A DNA stretch of 64,000 nt, from contig CABXFU010000002.1 in NCBI GenBank assembly GCA_902511575.1, positions 89,444 through 153,443 on the forward strand. The letters run 5' to 3'. The notes below the pieces were generated by a model, which saw only the letters and a list, made by a program, of their open reading frames with translations, did no database searches and had not been told where the DNA came from. This stretch comes from an uncultured SAR86 cluster bacterium. Its GTDB lineage: Bacteria > Pseudomonadota > Gammaproteobacteria > Magnimaribacterales > D2472. A program made the translations under genes and the position numbers. This document shows positions 45,868 to 54,464 of the stretch, piece after piece (within the stretch, counting starts at the first letter, position 1; each line of letters begins with the position of its first letter).

Positions 45868-46050
45868 ATGCTTGAAAATCTCTTTTCTGAGCTCAATGAC
45901 TTGCTATGGGGTCTTGGTATAGTTTCTTTTTCTATAGTTGGATTATTGATATTACCAAAAAAATTTTCATATAAACTCGGTCAGCATCCTTTAATTTTGG
46001 TGATTATGTTTTTTTCAATTCTATATTTAGTAATAAGAGTATTTAACTAA
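45868..46050 (+). CDS. possible small membrane protein (two TM helices)
   Basis: 60 aa, hydrophobic, 9 nt after NMO. No homology recognised; it may be spurious. Confidence 0.3.
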   Translation: MLENLFSELNDLLWGLGIVSFSIVGLLILPKKFSYKLGQHPLILVIMFFSILYLVIRVFN

Positions 46051-47348
46051 TTGCTTGAGTTGAAGTCAGACGAAAAGTCCTCGACTAAATTAATAAATGC
46101 TTTTACTCCATTAGATAAAGCAGAATCATCAACATAAAAGTACGGCGAATGATTTGTTGGACTATCTTCGTCACCCGGCGCATTGACTCCCAAGAAAAAG
46201 AATAAACCTGGAACTTGTTTCGCAAAAAATGAAAAATCCTCAGCGCCAGTCCTAGGAACTCTTGCCTCAAAAAAATCTCCATCAGCAGCTTCGCTTAGAG
46301 ATGAGGAATATTTATTAGCAAGCTCTTCGTCATTAACAGTTACTGGATAGCCCCCATATACCTGAAATTCTGCAACAGCCTTGGCGTGATGAGCAGCAGC
46401 TACATTTTCAGCAATAAGCTTAATCTCATCTCGTATTTGAGCAGCATAAGAGTCTTTAAATGTTCTAATAGTGCCTTCTAAGAATGCTGTTGAGGGTATG
46501 ATGTTATTCCTCGTTCCTGCTTTCATAATACCAACTGTGACCACTGCTTGGCTGTCTAGAAGATTTAACCTTCTGCTAACAATCGTCTGAAGAGTTGTTG
46601 CTATATCGGATGCTGCAATAATTGGATCTACGCCACTCCAGGGTCTTGAACCATGTGTCTGCTTGCCTTGTACGGTTATTCTGAAAGCTTCTGCTGAAGC
46701 CATAATTGGGCCAGGCTTTGTCCAAATTTGACCATTTTTAAAATTTGATACGTGCAATCCAAAGATGGCATCCGGCTTTTCAATCTCAAAAAGACCTTCT
46801 TTAAGCATTAGCTCTGCACCGCCCTCTTCTCCCTCCGGAGCACCTTCTTCAGCAGGCTGAAAAATTAGTAAGATATCACCATTTAATTTATCTGTATTTC
46901 TAGACAGGAAACTTGCAACTCCGAGCAATACTGCTATGTGAGCATCGTGACCACACGCATGCATAACTCCAACTTCATTTCCTTGATATATAGTTTTAAC
47001 TTTTGATGAAAATGGGAGATTGAGTTTTTCAGTAACCGGTAAACCATCAATATCAGCCCTAAGTGCAATTAACGGACCTGGGTTTTGACCTCTAATAAAC
47101 GCGGTGACCCCAGTGATGCCAAAGTCTGTATTTGGTTCAAGACCCATCTCAGTTAATGCCTCAACTATAGATTCTTGGGTCTTATATTCTCTGTTTGAGA
47201 GCTCTGGATACTGATGAAAATGATGTCTCCAATCAGTAACCTTCGTCATGACTCCTTGCAAGTCTCTATCCAATTGAGATTTTAAGTCATCTGCTTCAAT
47301 AGGACTTATAAGCACAAGCAATACAAAGAACGGAATTAAATTTTTCAT
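46047..47348 (-). CDS. secreted M20-family amidohydrolase (hippurate hydrolase / N-acyl-amino-acid amidohydrolase-like)
   Basis: 433 aa. Signal peptide MKNLIPFFVLLVLISPIEA. Motifs HQYPELSNRE, ALRADIDGLPV, MHACGHDAH, QPAEEG, GAEDFSFF. Confidence 0.8.
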   Translation of the reverse strand: MKNLIPFFVLLVLISPIEADDLKSQLDRDLQGVMTKVTDWRHHFHQYPELSNREYKTQESIVEALTEMGLEPNTDFGITGVTAFIRGQNPGPLIALRADIDGLPVTEKLNLPFSSKVKTIYQGNEVGVMHACGHDAHIAVLLGVASFLSRNTDKLNGDILLIFQPAEEGAPEGEEGGAELMLKEGLFEIEKPDAIFGLHVSNFKNGQIWTKPGPIMASAEAFRITVQGKQTHGSRPWSGVDPIIAASDIATTLQTIVSRRLNLLDSQAVVTVGIMKAGTRNNIIPSTAFLEGTIRTFKDSYAAQIRDEIKLIAENVAAAHHAKAVAEFQVYGGYPVTVNDEELANKYSSSLSEAADGDFFEARVPRTGAEDFSFFAKQVPGLFFFLGVNAPGDEDSPTNHSPYFYVDDSALSNGVKAFINLVEDFSSDFNSSN

Positions 47349-47351
47349 CGT

Positions 47352-48230
47352 CTATCCTCTTTTAAAAATATTTATAAAAATGGCTGGGGTTGAATCCATA
47401 TATTCTTTGAAATCAGATCGTCTTTCTAAAGAGCGTTTGTCCATCATTGAGACTGATGCAATGGCTATTAAAGCATACATAATTAAAGTGCCTACCAAAA
47501 GCCATGCAAAGTTAAAATTAGCTGCCAATGCAAAGACAAAAAGACTAAACCAAAATAATATTTCTCCAAAATAATTTGGATGACGCGAGTAATACCATAG
47601 ACCTGATTTCATGGTTTTAGGCTCAGAAAGGTTCCTCCTAAAATTAAACATTTGCTGATCAGAAATAATTTGAATTATGACTGCTGCTATAGCTAAAAAA
47701 GCAGCCAATATATCTAAATTATTTAATTCATTTCCTGGATAAGCAAGAGCATAAATCATTGGGAGTAATGCCATATAAACACATAGCGTTGGAATAAGAT
47801 GTATGGAACCAAAATCGACTATAAAGTATTGTAATTTGTTATTTGTTTTTCCTTTCATCATGATGTAACGCCAATCTTCATGTGAAAAGCCTTCCCACGA
47901 TCTCATCCAGTTATAAGTTAATCGGATGGCCCAAAACAATAAACATGCATGCATTAAAAATGCTCGCTGAACGTTTCCTGCAGCGGCAATATCTGCCCAA
48001 CACATAATTGTTAAGACAACAGGAATAACTGACCAAAAAGCATCATACCAACTAGAATTTTTGAAAATAACACTTAAAAAATATATAAAAATTGTAGCCT
48101 CAATATGACAGACGAGCACTTTGAAAATTAATGATGACTCAGAGAAGAGGTTCCAAGTAAACAGCATAGAATAAATACATGCTATGTAACCAAATAAAAT
48201 AACCGATAGATGTAAAAGTTTAGTTTTCAT
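47352..48230 (-). CDS. DUF1295 membrane protein (steroid 5-alpha-reductase / ICMT-like fold)
   Basis: 292 aa polytopic protein. SWYDAFWSV, EDWRY, and GLWYYSRHPNYFGEILFW are DUF1295 hallmarks. Its start overlaps the fbiC stop by 4 bp. Confidence 0.75.
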   Translation of the reverse strand: MKTKLLHLSVILFGYIACIYSMLFTWNLFSESSLIFKVLVCHIEATIFIYFLSVIFKNSSWYDAFWSVIPVVLTIMCWADIAAAGNVQRAFLMHACLLFWAIRLTYNWMRSWEGFSHEDWRYIMMKGKTNNKLQYFIVDFGSIHLIPTLCVYMALLPMIYALAYPGNELNNLDILAAFLAIAAVIIQIISDQQMFNFRRNLSEPKTMKSGLWYYSRHPNYFGEILFWFSLFVFALAANFNFAWLLVGTLIMYALIAIASVSMMDKRSLERRSDFKEYMDSTPAIFINIFKRG

Positions 48231-50641
48231 GTGATATTAATTAATTTTTTGGGTTGATGATAATCATTGTTAATTGGGATAAGAGGTATAGACTGCAAAC
48301 TAATTAAGTCTCGAAGATTACTATTTAATGAATCATACAATGTATTTCTTTGCTGTAAATTTAATCCTAGCTCATTGACGATTCCTTCAACTTCCTCCAA
48401 TCGGAGTTCCTGACCAAAAGAAGCACCGGCAGATCTTGTAATAGATTCATTCATCAATACTCCTCCGATATCATTTATCCCAGAAGATAATAGAAATTTT
48501 AGCCCAGGAAGACCCATTTTAACCCAAGAACCTTGAATATTATTGATCTGGCCTTGGAACAAAATCCTTGCAACAGAATGAACCAAAATTGTTTCTTTAA
48601 AAGTAGGCCCAGGTCTAGCTTGGCCGCGCCTATATATTGGAGCCTCATCTGCAACAAAGGGCAAAGGAACAAATTCTGTTATGCCATTAGTTCTCTTTTG
48701 AAGGTTTAAAAGCTCTAATAAATGATGAGCAACATGATCAGTTCTCTCTATATGACCAAACATCATCGTTGATGTTGTGGGCAATCCCACAGAATGAGCA
48801 GTTTCAATAATTTCGATCCATTGCTTGGTGGTAAGTTTATCAGGGCAAATAATTTCTCTTATATCGTCATGCAAAATTTCTGCAGCCGTTCCTGGGAGTG
48901 AATTCAAGCCTGCTTTTTTTAACTCTAGAAGAAACTCTTTAGCAGAGATATTTAAAGTTTTTCTACCGTGATCAATTTCTAAAGGAGAAAAAGCATGAAT
49001 ATGAATTGATGGTGAGCATGATCTAATTGCTCTTACTATCTCAATATAGGTTTCACCAGAATATTTTGGATGTATTCCACCTTGTAAACAGACTTCTGTA
49101 GCACCTCTTTCAACCGCTTCTTTTGTTCTTCGAATAATCTCTTCATGTGAAATATTATATGGCTTGCCTCTAAGATCATCGTGTCCCCTGCCTTTTGAAA
49201 AAGCGCAAAAATTGCATTTGAAAGAGCAGATATTTGTATAGTTAATATTCCTGTTAACAACAAAAGTAATATCTGATCCATGCATTTGTGATTTAACATC
49301 ATTGGCATAATCAGTAACATATTTAAAGTCATTATCTGACGTCTCAAGGAGTTGCTGTATATTCTCAATAGATGGATTGTTTTCAACTTTATTGATCGAT
49401 TGACGAATACTAGAATTAAATACAGCCTCAGGATAAGAGGGTATTTTAGTGCTAATTCCTGATCTCCAGAAATCAGACCGAATGAGAGACTGAGAATCAG
49501 TTATTTGAAGAAGTTGAGAGGATATTCTAGGTGATGAGAAGCTATCAAGATCATTAAAATACTTGGGATATAAAGTTGCTCTTGGTTTTAAAGATTGGTT
49601 CGAAGTTGATGTTATTTTATTTAACTTTTCTATTTCGGGCCAAGGTGCCTCTGGGTTTACATAATCCTTGGTGACTGGTGATATTCCGCCAAAATCATTT
49701 ATTCCAGACTGAGATAGCTGTTTTATATTATCTGAATTTAAATTAGGCGGGACCTGCAGACTAATATCACCAGGCAAGATCAATCTGGCCATTGCAATTG
49801 TCCACATAAGCTCATCGAATGATGGCTCACTAGCATTTGCCATCAATGTATTGGGCTTTGCTCTAAAATTCTGCACTATAACCTCTTGGATATGATTGTA
49901 TGTGAGATGCAATTCAGATATTTTGTGTAATGACTCTAAGCGCTCTAACCTTGTTTCACCTATTCCTATTAATATTCCAGTGGTAAATGGAACCTTTTGT
50001 TTTCCAGCTTCCTCTAATGTCTTCATTCTGAAAATAGGATCTTTGTCTGGAGATCCGTAATGTGGTTGGCCTTTTTCAGTCAACCGAGTAGATAAAGACT
50101 CAACCATCAATCCCATAGAGCCACTTAGGGGTTTAAGTTTGGTAATTTCATCAGCGGTTAAGCAACCAGGATTTAAATGAGGTACTAAGGATGTCTCATT
50201 TAATACAGCTTCAGCACATGCAGCCAAATAATCATTTGTTGTCTTATATCCATTTTCTGACAACCACTCTCTTGCAGCTCTGTATCTCAATTCTGGCTTA
50301 TCACCCAGTGTAAATAAGGCTTCATAACAACCGTGAGCCTCGCCCTCTTTAGCAATTGAAATAACTTGGTCAATTGATAAATAAGGTGATTCAACTTTTT
50401 TAGGAGTTTGAGCAAAGGTACAGTAATGACAAACATCTCGACATAAAAATGTTAAAGGGATAAACACTTTGGGAGAATAGGTTAATAAGTTTTTGTAATG
50501 TATTGTTTTCTTTTCGTAGGAAGCTTTTATCAAAGCATCAGATAAACAAATATTAGCTAAAGAACTTAGATCAGAAAATTCAATTAATCCAGAAGCAATT
50601 AATCGCTTTAAGGTTTGGTTTGACTGTTCTTGAATTTTCAA
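48227..50641 (-). CDS. fbiC: FO synthase (7,8-didemethyl-8-hydroxy-5-deazariboflavin synthase), fused CofG+CofH
   Basis: 804 aa with two radical-SAM cores: CRDVCHYCTF in the N-terminal half and CSFKCNFCAF in the C-terminal half. The length matches the fused FbiC form. Confidence 0.9.
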   Translation of the reverse strand: MKIQEQSNQTLKRLIASGLIEFSDLSSLANICLSDALIKASYEKKTIHYKNLLTYSPKVFIPLTFLCRDVCHYCTFAQTPKKVESPYLSIDQVISIAKEGEAHGCYEALFTLGDKPELRYRAAREWLSENGYKTTNDYLAACAEAVLNETSLVPHLNPGCLTADEITKLKPLSGSMGLMVESLSTRLTEKGQPHYGSPDKDPIFRMKTLEEAGKQKVPFTTGILIGIGETRLERLESLHKISELHLTYNHIQEVIVQNFRAKPNTLMANASEPSFDELMWTIAMARLILPGDISLQVPPNLNSDNIKQLSQSGINDFGGISPVTKDYVNPEAPWPEIEKLNKITSTSNQSLKPRATLYPKYFNDLDSFSSPRISSQLLQITDSQSLIRSDFWRSGISTKIPSYPEAVFNSSIRQSINKVENNPSIENIQQLLETSDNDFKYVTDYANDVKSQMHGSDITFVVNRNINYTNICSFKCNFCAFSKGRGHDDLRGKPYNISHEEIIRRTKEAVERGATEVCLQGGIHPKYSGETYIEIVRAIRSCSPSIHIHAFSPLEIDHGRKTLNISAKEFLLELKKAGLNSLPGTAAEILHDDIREIICPDKLTTKQWIEIIETAHSVGLPTTSTMMFGHIERTDHVAHHLLELLNLQKRTNGITEFVPLPFVADEAPIYRRGQARPGPTFKETILVHSVARILFQGQINNIQGSWVKMGLPGLKFLLSSGINDIGGVLMNESITRSAGASFGQELRLEEVEGIVNELGLNLQQRNTLYDSLNSNLRDLISLQSIPLIPINNDYHQPKKLINIT

Positions 50642-50645
50642 CGAT

Positions 50646-51221
50646 CTAACTGTTAATGTATTTAATTAGTTTGAAGTAATCTTCCTCGGAGTCAAGGTCA
50701 TCTTGAAGGCTTTCAATCGAAATATCTTTAAAATTTAATCCATTATTTTTAAATTCGTCCATAAAAAGATTGTAACTATTGAATCCAAATTTTAGATCAA
50801 AGGATATTGCTGAATTAAACATCAAGCAGTTTGTTCCCTGGCTCGAAAGATCAGAAATAATACTTACTTTTTTCATGTCAAATGAATGAGCTAACTCATG
50901 AAGATCTCTTTCATTTATTTTAGGAAGATCTGCATGCATGATTAAAACAGCATCATTTGTTGTTTGTGCATAAATGGCTTCATTCAAAGCATCATTTAAT
51001 GATGAGTTTGTAAAATATGAAGTTGAATAGTCTAAATGTAAGTTACTGTCATTAGTAACAACTGTTATTGAGTTGCAGATTTTAGAATTATGCAAAGTAT
51101 CAATAGTTTTTTTTGCCATTGAGGCAGCTAAAATTTCCCTTTCAGATGAGCTAATAATATTTGCTAGTCGATTCTTTGAAGAGGAAAACTTTTTGATCGG
51201 TATAAATGCAGAGACATTCAT
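50646..51221 (-). CDS. cofC: CofC/FbiD-family guanylyltransferase (F420 side-chain activation)
   Basis: 191 aa. AFIPIKKFSSSKNRL, LIMHADLPKINERDL, and its position between cofD and fbiC. Confidence 0.75.
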   Translation of the reverse strand: MNVSAFIPIKKFSSSKNRLANIISSSEREILAASMAKKTIDTLHNSKICNSITVVTNDSNLHLDYSTSYFTNSSLNDALNEAIYAQTTNDAVLIMHADLPKINERDLHELAHSFDMKKVSIISDLSSQGTNCLMFNSAISFDLKFGFNSYNLFMDEFKNNGLNFKDISIESLQDDLDSEEDYFKLIKYINS

Positions 51222-52151
51222 TTATTTTGATTCGAGCTCATCAATGATTGTCTTAGCTAGTGCATTTTTTTTATCAAGACTGTTCATAATTAAATCACCA
51301 ATATGTACCTCATATCCTAGCGCATTTAATTCATTGGACTCAGTTACATCAGATGAATCTATAAATATTCTTTTAGAATAATTCTTATAAAATTTAGCGA
51401 TAGTTTTTACGCTTACTTCTTGATCGAGCTCTTGCATCATTTTTGCTGTTGGCCCTTTTAAAGACTGAGCATTAACAATTGGGCTGATAGTTGTAACTTT
51501 ATGTGAAAAATCATGTAAATAATTTTTTAGTTTGGGTAATTGGAGCATTGGATCAATGCTTACATAAGGATTTGATGGACATATGATGATTTCGTCATAA
51601 ATTGATAAATCAAGATCTTTGTTAAAATCAGCCTTATCAAGCCCCTTGAAAACAAAATCAGTTACAGGTGGCTCGCATTTCAATTTAACAAAATATTCTT
51701 GAAATGAAAGCAACCTATTTTTTGTTTGTATATAAGTTTCAACAGATTGATTGCTCATTGGAAAAATATATTTCGGCAGATTGAATGAATCACATAAATT
51801 ATGTGTTGCTTCTGTAAGAGATTGACCGGAATTAATTAAATATGTTCTTTGAATATGGGTTGCTAAATCTTTGTCTCCAAGCTGAAACCATGTTTCTCCC
51901 TTCATAGCAGATAACGCTGAAAGCATATTCCATGATTCATTTTTTCTACCCCAGCCCTTTGATATGTCTGATTCACCAGCGAGGGTATACATCACCGTAT
52001 CAAGATCGGGACAGATTCTTAAACCAAGATGTGTAAAATCATCTCCAGTATTGACGGCAATAGTTAAATTGTCTGGATCGATTGAATTTTTAAATCCTAG
52101 GGCAAGCTTGGCTCCACCAACACCTCCACACAATAATAAATAATTTTTCAT
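51222..52151 (-). CDS. cofD: 2-phospho-L-lactate transferase (CofD/FbiA)
   Basis: 309 aa. LLLCGGVGGAKLA, DLDTVMYTLAG, GDKDLATH, and CPSNPYVSIDPML. Confidence 0.85.
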   Translation of the reverse strand: MKNYLLLCGGVGGAKLALGFKNSIDPDNLTIAVNTGDDFTHLGLRICPDLDTVMYTLAGESDISKGWGRKNESWNMLSALSAMKGETWFQLGDKDLATHIQRTYLINSGQSLTEATHNLCDSFNLPKYIFPMSNQSVETYIQTKNRLLSFQEYFVKLKCEPPVTDFVFKGLDKADFNKDLDLSIYDEIIICPSNPYVSIDPMLQLPKLKNYLHDFSHKVTTISPIVNAQSLKGPTAKMMQELDQEVSVKTIAKFYKNYSKRIFIDSSDVTESNELNALGYEVHIGDLIMNSLDKKNALAKTIIDELESK

Positions 52152-52912
52152 CTAAACAAGTCCTCTTCTTCACTTCTAATTAAAGATCGAGAGTCGCTAA
52201 TATTATTTTGTTTAAATTTATATCCCTTGATTAACACAACAGGTTTTTTTTGTGCAGCCTGCCCCATCAATAATGATGAAGCTGCTGCTAATTCGTCAGC
52301 AATACCTATTTGAGTTACCTTTAACTCATTATCATAAAGATCTTTTTTCCCTCGTTCATCTAAAAGACATTCAATGTTATGGCTCCCTATCGTAAAACCT
52401 ACTATTCCATTTCTAAAAGGTCTACCCATGGTATCGGTAATAATTACAGATATATTTTTTTGAAAATGTTGAGATATAGATTCTGAAATCTTCTTTGCAG
52501 ATTCATCAGGCTTTTTTGGCAGCAACAAGACAGTGTCTTTAAGTTGATCGATGTTAGATCTATCAATTCCTCCATTTGCATGAATAAATCCTAATTTATG
52601 CTCAACAATTAGCACCCCCATTCTATAGCGGACCACCTTTTGTGATTCATTGAGTATTGCTTGAATAAACTTTGGATCTTTATCAATTTTTGTAGATAAG
52701 CTTATTGCCTCCTCAGAGGGGTTCAATTGTGAGATGTCCAGATATCTATTTTCTGATTTAGAAATAATTTTTTGAGCTATTGCAATGACATCTCCATCAT
52801 CAATTGATATTGATTCAGAGGTTATAGCATTGATAATTTCTTTAGATACATCTTGTCCTGGCTGGATAAGCGGAAGTGTCTCTAAAGCAATGAGGTTGAT
52901 GGAACTGATAAT
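52148..52912 (-). CDS. cofE: F420-0:gamma-glutamyl ligase (CofE, single-domain); start codon non-canonical or unresolved
   Basis: The ORF track starts at TTG 52726. The same frame is open up to 52939 and encodes SINLIALETLPLIQPGQDVSKEIINAITSESISIDDGDVIAIAQKIISKSENRYLDISQ, the conserved CofE N-terminus. There is no ATG, GTG or TTG in that stretch; candidate starts are ATT 52912 and ATC 52909, 10 nt after the fno stop and preceded by the purine-rich AAGAGAAG. Confidence 0.8.
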   Translation of the reverse strand: MISSINLIALETLPLIQPGQDVSKEIINAITSESISIDDGDVIAIAQKIISKSENRYLDISQLNPSEEAISLSTKIDKDPKFIQAILNESQKVVRYRMGVLIVEHKLGFIHANGGIDRSNIDQLKDTVLLLPKKPDESAKKISESISQHFQKNISVIITDTMGRPFRNGIVGFTIGSHNIECLLDERGKKDLYDNELKVTQIGIADELAAASSLLMGQAAQKKPVVLIKGYKFKQNNISDSRSLIRSEEEDLFR

Positions 52913-52922
52913 ACTTCTCTTG

Positions 52923-53555
52923 TTAGTGGCCTGTAATCTTTATGCCTGAATGTGCGAGTGAATGTTTTTTATTGATCGCAATTAATATTGACGTTAGAGC
53001 TTCAGCAGCTACTGAATTGCATAATGGTCCAGCATGCCAGCCTGTCAGACCAGCATCAGCTGCTAACTCAATTACGGTATTTCTAGCATCAAGAAAATCT
53101 CCAGCAACCAAAACATCACAATCAATCTCAGCATCGGTCTGTAGCAATTCAGCTGAAATATTTTGAAAAGCAGATACTACAGTAGTTTGTTCACCCAAAA
53201 TTGATTGGGCATTTAATGCCGCAGAACCTATTTCAGGCAATTGAACTCTCATAACCTTTGGAGGCATAAGTGGAACAGTTGCATCAATCATTATCTTATT
53301 TTGCAAACCATCATCAATGCTAATTAAAGTTGATTCTTGATGTGCAAATGGCACAGTTAAGCATGCAAGTTCACAGATTTTAGCAGCATCAATATTCAAC
53401 ATTCCAGACGAACTTTCCAAGCCTAATTGCACTGCAATTTCTTGAGCCTTAGGTAAATCACGGCTGCCAATAAGCACGTCATGTCCAGCCTTAATCCATC
53501 TTGAAGCCAAACCTTTGCCTAAGGATCCTGTCCCTCCTAGAATAGCTATTTTCAT
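52923..53555 (-). CDS. npdG: F420-dependent NADP+ oxidoreductase (Fno/NpdG)
   Basis: 210 aa. MKIAILGGTGSLGKGLASRWIKAGHDVLIGSR and overall similarity to NpdG. An AGGAG Shine-Dalgarno sequence lies 8 nt upstream. It is the first gene of the F420 run. Confidence 0.8.
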   Translation of the reverse strand: MKIAILGGTGSLGKGLASRWIKAGHDVLIGSRDLPKAQEIAVQLGLESSSGMLNIDAAKICELACLTVPFAHQESTLISIDDGLQNKIMIDATVPLMPPKVMRVQLPEIGSAALNAQSILGEQTTVVSAFQNISAELLQTDAEIDCDVLVAGDFLDARNTVIELAADAGLTGWHAGPLCNSVAAEALTSILIAINKKHSLAHSGIKITGH

Positions 53556-53697
53556 TCAATATCTCCTAATTAATATTTAATAAATATTATACAAATTCAC
53601 AAGCCAATCAATGGGTATCTTCAAGAATAAATTTGTAAATATAAATTTAGCTTACATGTTCTATAATTGATTAGATCAGATCAGCAAAAATACTAAA

Positions 53698-54462
53698 ATG
53701 GTAAATTTAAAAAATAAATCTATAGTTGTAACTGGAGGCACAAAAGGCATAGGTATTGAGATTACTAAATCCTTTTTAAAACAAAATGCTAAAGTCTTCG
53801 TTCTAGCAAGACAGAAACCAAAAAGAATCATTCAAGCCAAAGGGAATAAAGCTGTATTTATTGAATGTGATATCAGAAATATTGATTCTATAGATCAAGC
53901 GGTAAAAAAAATTAAAGGTTTGTCAAAATCAATTGATGTTTTGGTAAATAATGCTGGTGGAGCTCCCATGGCTAATGCTCTAAGTGCTTCAAATAAATTC
54001 CATGAAGCAATCATTGATCTAAATCTATCTGCGCCGTTAAATGTAAGCCAAAGATTTGCCAAAATTATGATGAAACAAAAGACTGTTTCAAATATTATTA
54101 ATATATCCAGCGTTACTGCAACTAGGCCTACACCAGGAAGCGCTGCTTATGGAGCAGCCAAGGGAGGTCTTGTAAATCTAACTAAAACCTTAGCACTTGA
54201 GTGGGCTCCCAAAATTAAAGTTAACTCTATAATTGTAGGTTATATAGAGACAGAAAATTCGATACTTCATTATGGCAGTAAAAAAGAAATCAATAAAATT
54301 GCTAAAACTATTCCAATGAAAAGAATGGGTAAGCCAGAAGATATTGCAAAAGCATGTATATTCTTTTGCTCTGATTTAGCTGATTGGATAACGGGTGCAG
54401 CTCTTGAAGTTCATGGTGGTGGTGAAAAGCCAATTTACTTGGACGCAGCTAAGCCCAAATAA
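53698..54462 (+). CDS. short-chain dehydrogenase/reductase (SDR)
   Basis: 254 aa. VTGGTKGIGIEI, NNAGG, and YGAAKGG. Confidence 0.8.
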   Translation: MVNLKNKSIVVTGGTKGIGIEITKSFLKQNAKVFVLARQKPKRIIQAKGNKAVFIECDIRNIDSIDQAVKKIKGLSKSIDVLVNNAGGAPMANALSASNKFHEAIIDLNLSAPLNVSQRFAKIMMKQKTVSNIINISSVTATRPTPGSAAYGAAKGGLVNLTKTLALEWAPKIKVNSIIVGYIETENSILHYGSKKEINKIAKTIPMKRMGKPEDIAKACIFFCSDLADWITGAALEVHGGGEKPIYLDAAKPK

Positions 54463-54464
54463 AA

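Noticed and set aside
49036-49386. A 116-aa same-strand alternative-frame ORF inside fbiC.
   Set aside because: It is embedded in the conserved second radical-SAM domain of FbiC, and its translation has no recognisable motif.
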